Origin: a virus
Taxonomy: Duplodnaviria > Caudoviricetes
Virus record (IMG/VR): IMGVR_UViG_3300021225_000464
Span: 1-60,001 of that record
Length of the DNA stretch: 60,001 nucleotides
Direction: 5' to 3' (one strand)
Part shown: in pieces, positions 57,106-60,001 of the stretch
Layout of the letters: every line of letters starts with the position of its first letter
Position numbering within the stretch: position 1 is the stretch's first letter
Translations under genes and position numbers: made by a program
Notes under the pieces: model-generated
Database searches by the model: none
Told to the model about the DNA's origin: nothing
Seen by the model: the letters and a program-made list of their open reading frames with translations, nothing else

Positions 57106-57805
57106 TTTTATATTCTTCTCTAATTGTAAAATTATTATTATATAATGTAAACATAGCTCTTTCTAAAAGATATGCCTCACCTGGTTTAACATTCCAAGAA
57201 ACATAATTTTTCATTGTTTCATAAAAATGTTTGTTATATTTTAACATATCTTTTTTAGGAATTATATAATTGGCACCTGGTGCAAATCTTGTATAATCAG
57301 GAAAAACAGCATCTTCAAAAATACTATTAATCAAATCTTTATAATTAAAAACATATTTTGAAGGGAAAATAAATCTTACGGTATTATCTACCTCAATTGG
57401 ATTTTCATGGTAACCGTCATTTTCATCTACAAAAGAATACGCTCCGGGGTAATAATTACTATGGTCTCTAATATAATTTTCAATTGACGTAAATTCAGTA
57501 TTATTAATAATTTTTTTAAATTTTTCAAATCCACAATGTCTTGGTATTACATTACCTTTACAAAAAATTGTCACTTCAGGTAAATTTTCATAGTTAGTTA
57601 CTATAAAATCAAATATATCGTATATGTTGGCACCAACATTTAGTTGATGTTTAATTTTTTCATTTTCTTCAAATCTATGTGCTCTATCATAGATTAAATA
57701 ATTATCAGTATATTCATTAACCCAAGATTCATTTAAGTTCTCAGGTAAAAAATTAAAATCAGTTATTACTAAAAATGCTCCAGAATTAATAATTTTATTG
57801 TTCAT
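57092..57805 (-). CDS. DUF3431-like protein
   Basis: NVG..IY..FDFIV.NYENLPE..IF.KG, FAPGANYII, LLER. Start moved to MNNK at 57805. Confidence 0.65.
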   Translation of the reverse strand: MNNKIINSGAFLVITDFNFLPENLNESWVNEYTDNYLIYDRAHRFEENEKIKHQLNVGANIYDIFDFIVTNYENLPEVTIFCKGNVIPRHCGFEKFKKIINNTEFTSIENYIRDHSNYYPGAYSFVDENDGYHENPIEVDNTVRFIFPSKYVFNYKDLINSIFEDAVFPDYTRFAPGANYIIPKKDMLKYNKHFYETMKNYVSWNVKPGEAYLLERAMFTLYNNNFTIREEYKNDNN

Positions 57806-57806
57806 A

Positions 57807-58694
57807 TTATATAAAGTATTTAAAATTTGTTTTATCGTATTTGGTGTAAAGTCCAAAACATGTCATTTGTCCCCAAAGAGGAATATATACATCTTTTGAT
57901 ATACCAAAAAATAAAGAACTTAATGCAAAATTACTTCTTGATAATATCAAAGTTTCACAATTAGATAATAGAAATAAATCATAACACGGGTCATTATTTG
58001 CAATATATCTATATGGTAATTCAGGTACATACTCACCGGGGTTTGTTACAATAATAACCTCATGATTTGGTTTGTTTTTTAAAACCTCATCTATTATTTT
58101 TTTGACTCTTTCAGGGGGTAATGGTGATTGACTATTATGGTGAGGATATTCGTTTCTAAAATTAGTATCAAAATCAATATCAGGGATAAAACCATTTTCA
58201 ATATGTGTTTTAAAATGATTTGCACAAAAAGAACCATCATAATCAGGCCTACCTTTAACATCCTCAAGTCTGAGATGAACTAAAATTGTTTTTTTAGGGT
58301 CAAATGGTATTTCGTAATTCATTGATTTACCATATTCCATAAATTTATTTCTAAATTCATTAGAATACACATTCTCTTTAAAATAAGTAAAAAAATCAAT
58401 TTTTAAGTCTAATAATGTTTTGGACCATACAGTATAATGAGTTGGTGCTGCTAAATCAATTTTTTGTGTAAAATCTTCTGAAGTTAGTTTGCTATTATGT
58501 AAATCAACAATATCAAATAATGTTTGTAAAAAAATAGTGTAATTATATGATTGGTTATACGAATTATATACTCGTAAATGTGTCCTATGATATTTTACAT
58601 ATATATTATTATTTATTGAATATAAAATTTGAGAAATAATGTCCCCGATATTACCCCCTAATCTGTCACTTGAACCAAATAATTCTGTAAACAT
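57807..58694 (-). CDS. GT11/fucosyltransferase-fold protein
   Basis: DRLGG, VHLRLED, DLFLL..CETLILSRSNF. Confidence 0.6.
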   Translation of the reverse strand: MFTELFGSSDRLGGNIGDIISQILYSINNNIYVKYHRTHLRVYNSYNQSYNYTIFLQTLFDIVDLHNSKLTSEDFTQKIDLAAPTHYTVWSKTLLDLKIDFFTYFKENVYSNEFRNKFMEYGKSMNYEIPFDPKKTILVHLRLEDVKGRPDYDGSFCANHFKTHIENGFIPDIDFDTNFRNEYPHHNSQSPLPPERVKKIIDEVLKNKPNHEVIIVTNPGEYVPELPYRYIANNDPCYDLFLLSNCETLILSRSNFALSSLFFGISKDVYIPLWGQMTCFGLYTKYDKTNFKYFI

Positions 58695-58696
58695 AT

Positions 58697-59320
58697 TTAT
58701 ATTTTTTTAAAAATTGCGGTTAAAATGTTAGGGGATAAATTTTTATCAACTCTAATATTATCTTCTAAATTACAATAATTTAACATTTCATAACCTTGAC
58801 GTTTCATAAATCTTTCTAATGATTTTTCGTTAAAATGAAAAATATGTTCATTAGGTTTTCTATGTTTCCAATTAGTGAACCACTCATCATCTAATCCATT
58901 ATGACACCAAGGAAGACTAATTACAACATATTCACATTTTAAATTTTTAACAAATTCAATGTCATGAAAATGTTCTAAACAATCAAAAAATGTTATAACC
59001 TCAACTTTTTTATCTAAAATATTTGATACAAACTCAATACCATCAGGTAATGGGTATGCGGGTTCAATATCATTACCATATAAATTTTTTATTAAATTTT
59101 TAGACGACTCTAAAAAATAACCATTACCGTAACCGACATCCATTAATGAATTTGGTACTTTACCTATTGAACCAATAATATAACCTAATCTAAGATTTTC
59201 TATATTTCTAGTTTGATTAAACATACCATATCTATCACCATATGATTTATCATAAGTGAATTCTTCTTTTATTATTTGTTCAATAACACCATCTTGTGTT
59301 AATCTGTAGTTCTCAATCAT
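58697..59320 (-). CDS. Class I SAM-dependent methyltransferase
   Basis: MDVGYGNG, ITFFDCLEH, EHIFHFN..SL. Confidence 0.8.
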   Translation of the reverse strand: MIENYRLTQDGVIEQIIKEEFTYDKSYGDRYGMFNQTRNIENLRLGYIIGSIGKVPNSLMDVGYGNGYFLESSKNLIKNLYGNDIEPAYPLPDGIEFVSNILDKKVEVITFFDCLEHFHDIEFVKNLKCEYVVISLPWCHNGLDDEWFTNWKHRKPNEHIFHFNEKSLERFMKRQGYEMLNYCNLEDNIRVDKNLSPNILTAIFKKI

Positions 59321-59321
59321 T

Positions 59322-59809
59322 TTAAATCATTATATATTTTATGTTGTCATACCAGTAGTATGATTTATTTGTAACTCCCCAACCTTCAGGACATTTATCG
59401 TCAATTACTTTTTTAAAACACTCAATTTCCAAATTATTTTTATAATAATGTTTTATTGATGATGATAGGATTGAACTTCCTGACCAAACACATATAAATT
59501 TTTTACATGAAAATATTAAATCAACATAATGAAAAATATCTTTAGTAGTAATAAATTCAACGTTTAAATCGGAAAAAAATTCGTCAGAAACTATTAAATT
59601 AGGATAATCATTTGTTAAAATAACTAAAAATTTTTCATCTTTATGTGTTAATAAATGTGATTTTATTTTTTCGTTATCATATTCTTTAACAGATACACTA
59701 TTTAAATCTAAAACTATAAAATCATTTATGTTATCTATTGTAAGGACATAATTACCTGAAGCATTTGTTGTTATATTTTTTATAGGTATAGTTTTATTAT
59801 AAGTTCCTG
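59322..59809 (-). CDS. Partial ORF (5' end missing), possibly glycosyltransferase-like
   Basis: Open frame ending ...DLIFSCKKFICVWSGSSILSS...YYWYDNIKYIMI*; cut off by the adapter. Confidence 0.55.
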
Positions 59810-60001
59810 AGATCGGAAGAGCGTCGTGTAGGGAAAGAGTGTAGATCTCGGTGGTCGCCGTATCATTAAAAAAAAAAACACAAACAATATGATGAAAAGT
59901 GATCAGTTGACAGTGAAGGTAGTAGCGAACAAGTGTTGCAAGAAATATGCGACGGCGATACTATATAGCATCGTGCATGAGTAGATTAGGCTACAGTAAG
60001 A
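59810..60001. other. Illumina TruSeq adapter read-through plus poly-A and junk (artifact)
   Basis: AGATCGGAAGAGCGTCGTGTAGGGAAAGAGTGTAGATCTCGGTGGTCGCCGTATCATT at 59810-59867, followed by an A-run. Confidence 0.98.

Noticed and set aside
49952-59320. Bacterial LPS/capsule locus indicating a host-prophage junction
   Set aside because: It is contiguous with phage phoH and the gp55-like sigma gene, and has no flippase, polymerase or housekeeping genes.
1-59809. Stop-codon reassignment, as seen in some large phages
   Set aside because: Terminase, portal, capsid, ClpC and others are full length and tile densely in the standard code; TAA, TGA and TAG all end genes.

Overview
An AT-rich fragment of a large T4-like tailed phage genome, read in the standard genetic code. 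The host is probably Bacteroidota, judged from TAnnTTTG promoters, no Shine-Dalgarno motifs, Gln-at-+1 signal peptides, a Bacteroidota-type bS21 and a DUF4494-like gene. The head module (terminase, portal, prohead protease, scaffold, major capsid) has ribosomal protein bS21 inserted antisense. The window also holds a tRNA-Arg(UCU), a complete tmRNA with an atypical 21-aa tag, a ClpC lacking its N-domain, a gp55-like late sigma factor, baseplate-like genes and a glycan-modification cluster (gmd, GT2/4/11/17, methyltransferase, plus rmlC elsewhere). The less obvious structure has three parts. First, many unrelated proteins share leader peptides ending in [ILVM]-x-E, the T4 prohead-protease site, often followed by Gln. 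Second, a duplicated cassette joined by a 94-bp repeat pairs a late, leader-bearing protein with a convergent, host-promoter-driven secreted protein. Third, a TATTTAT motif often sits only 4-8 nt before the start codon, twice as a palindrome between divergent genes. Bases 59810-60001 are Illumina adapter and read junk. All family assignments come from motif recognition by eye, not from database searches.
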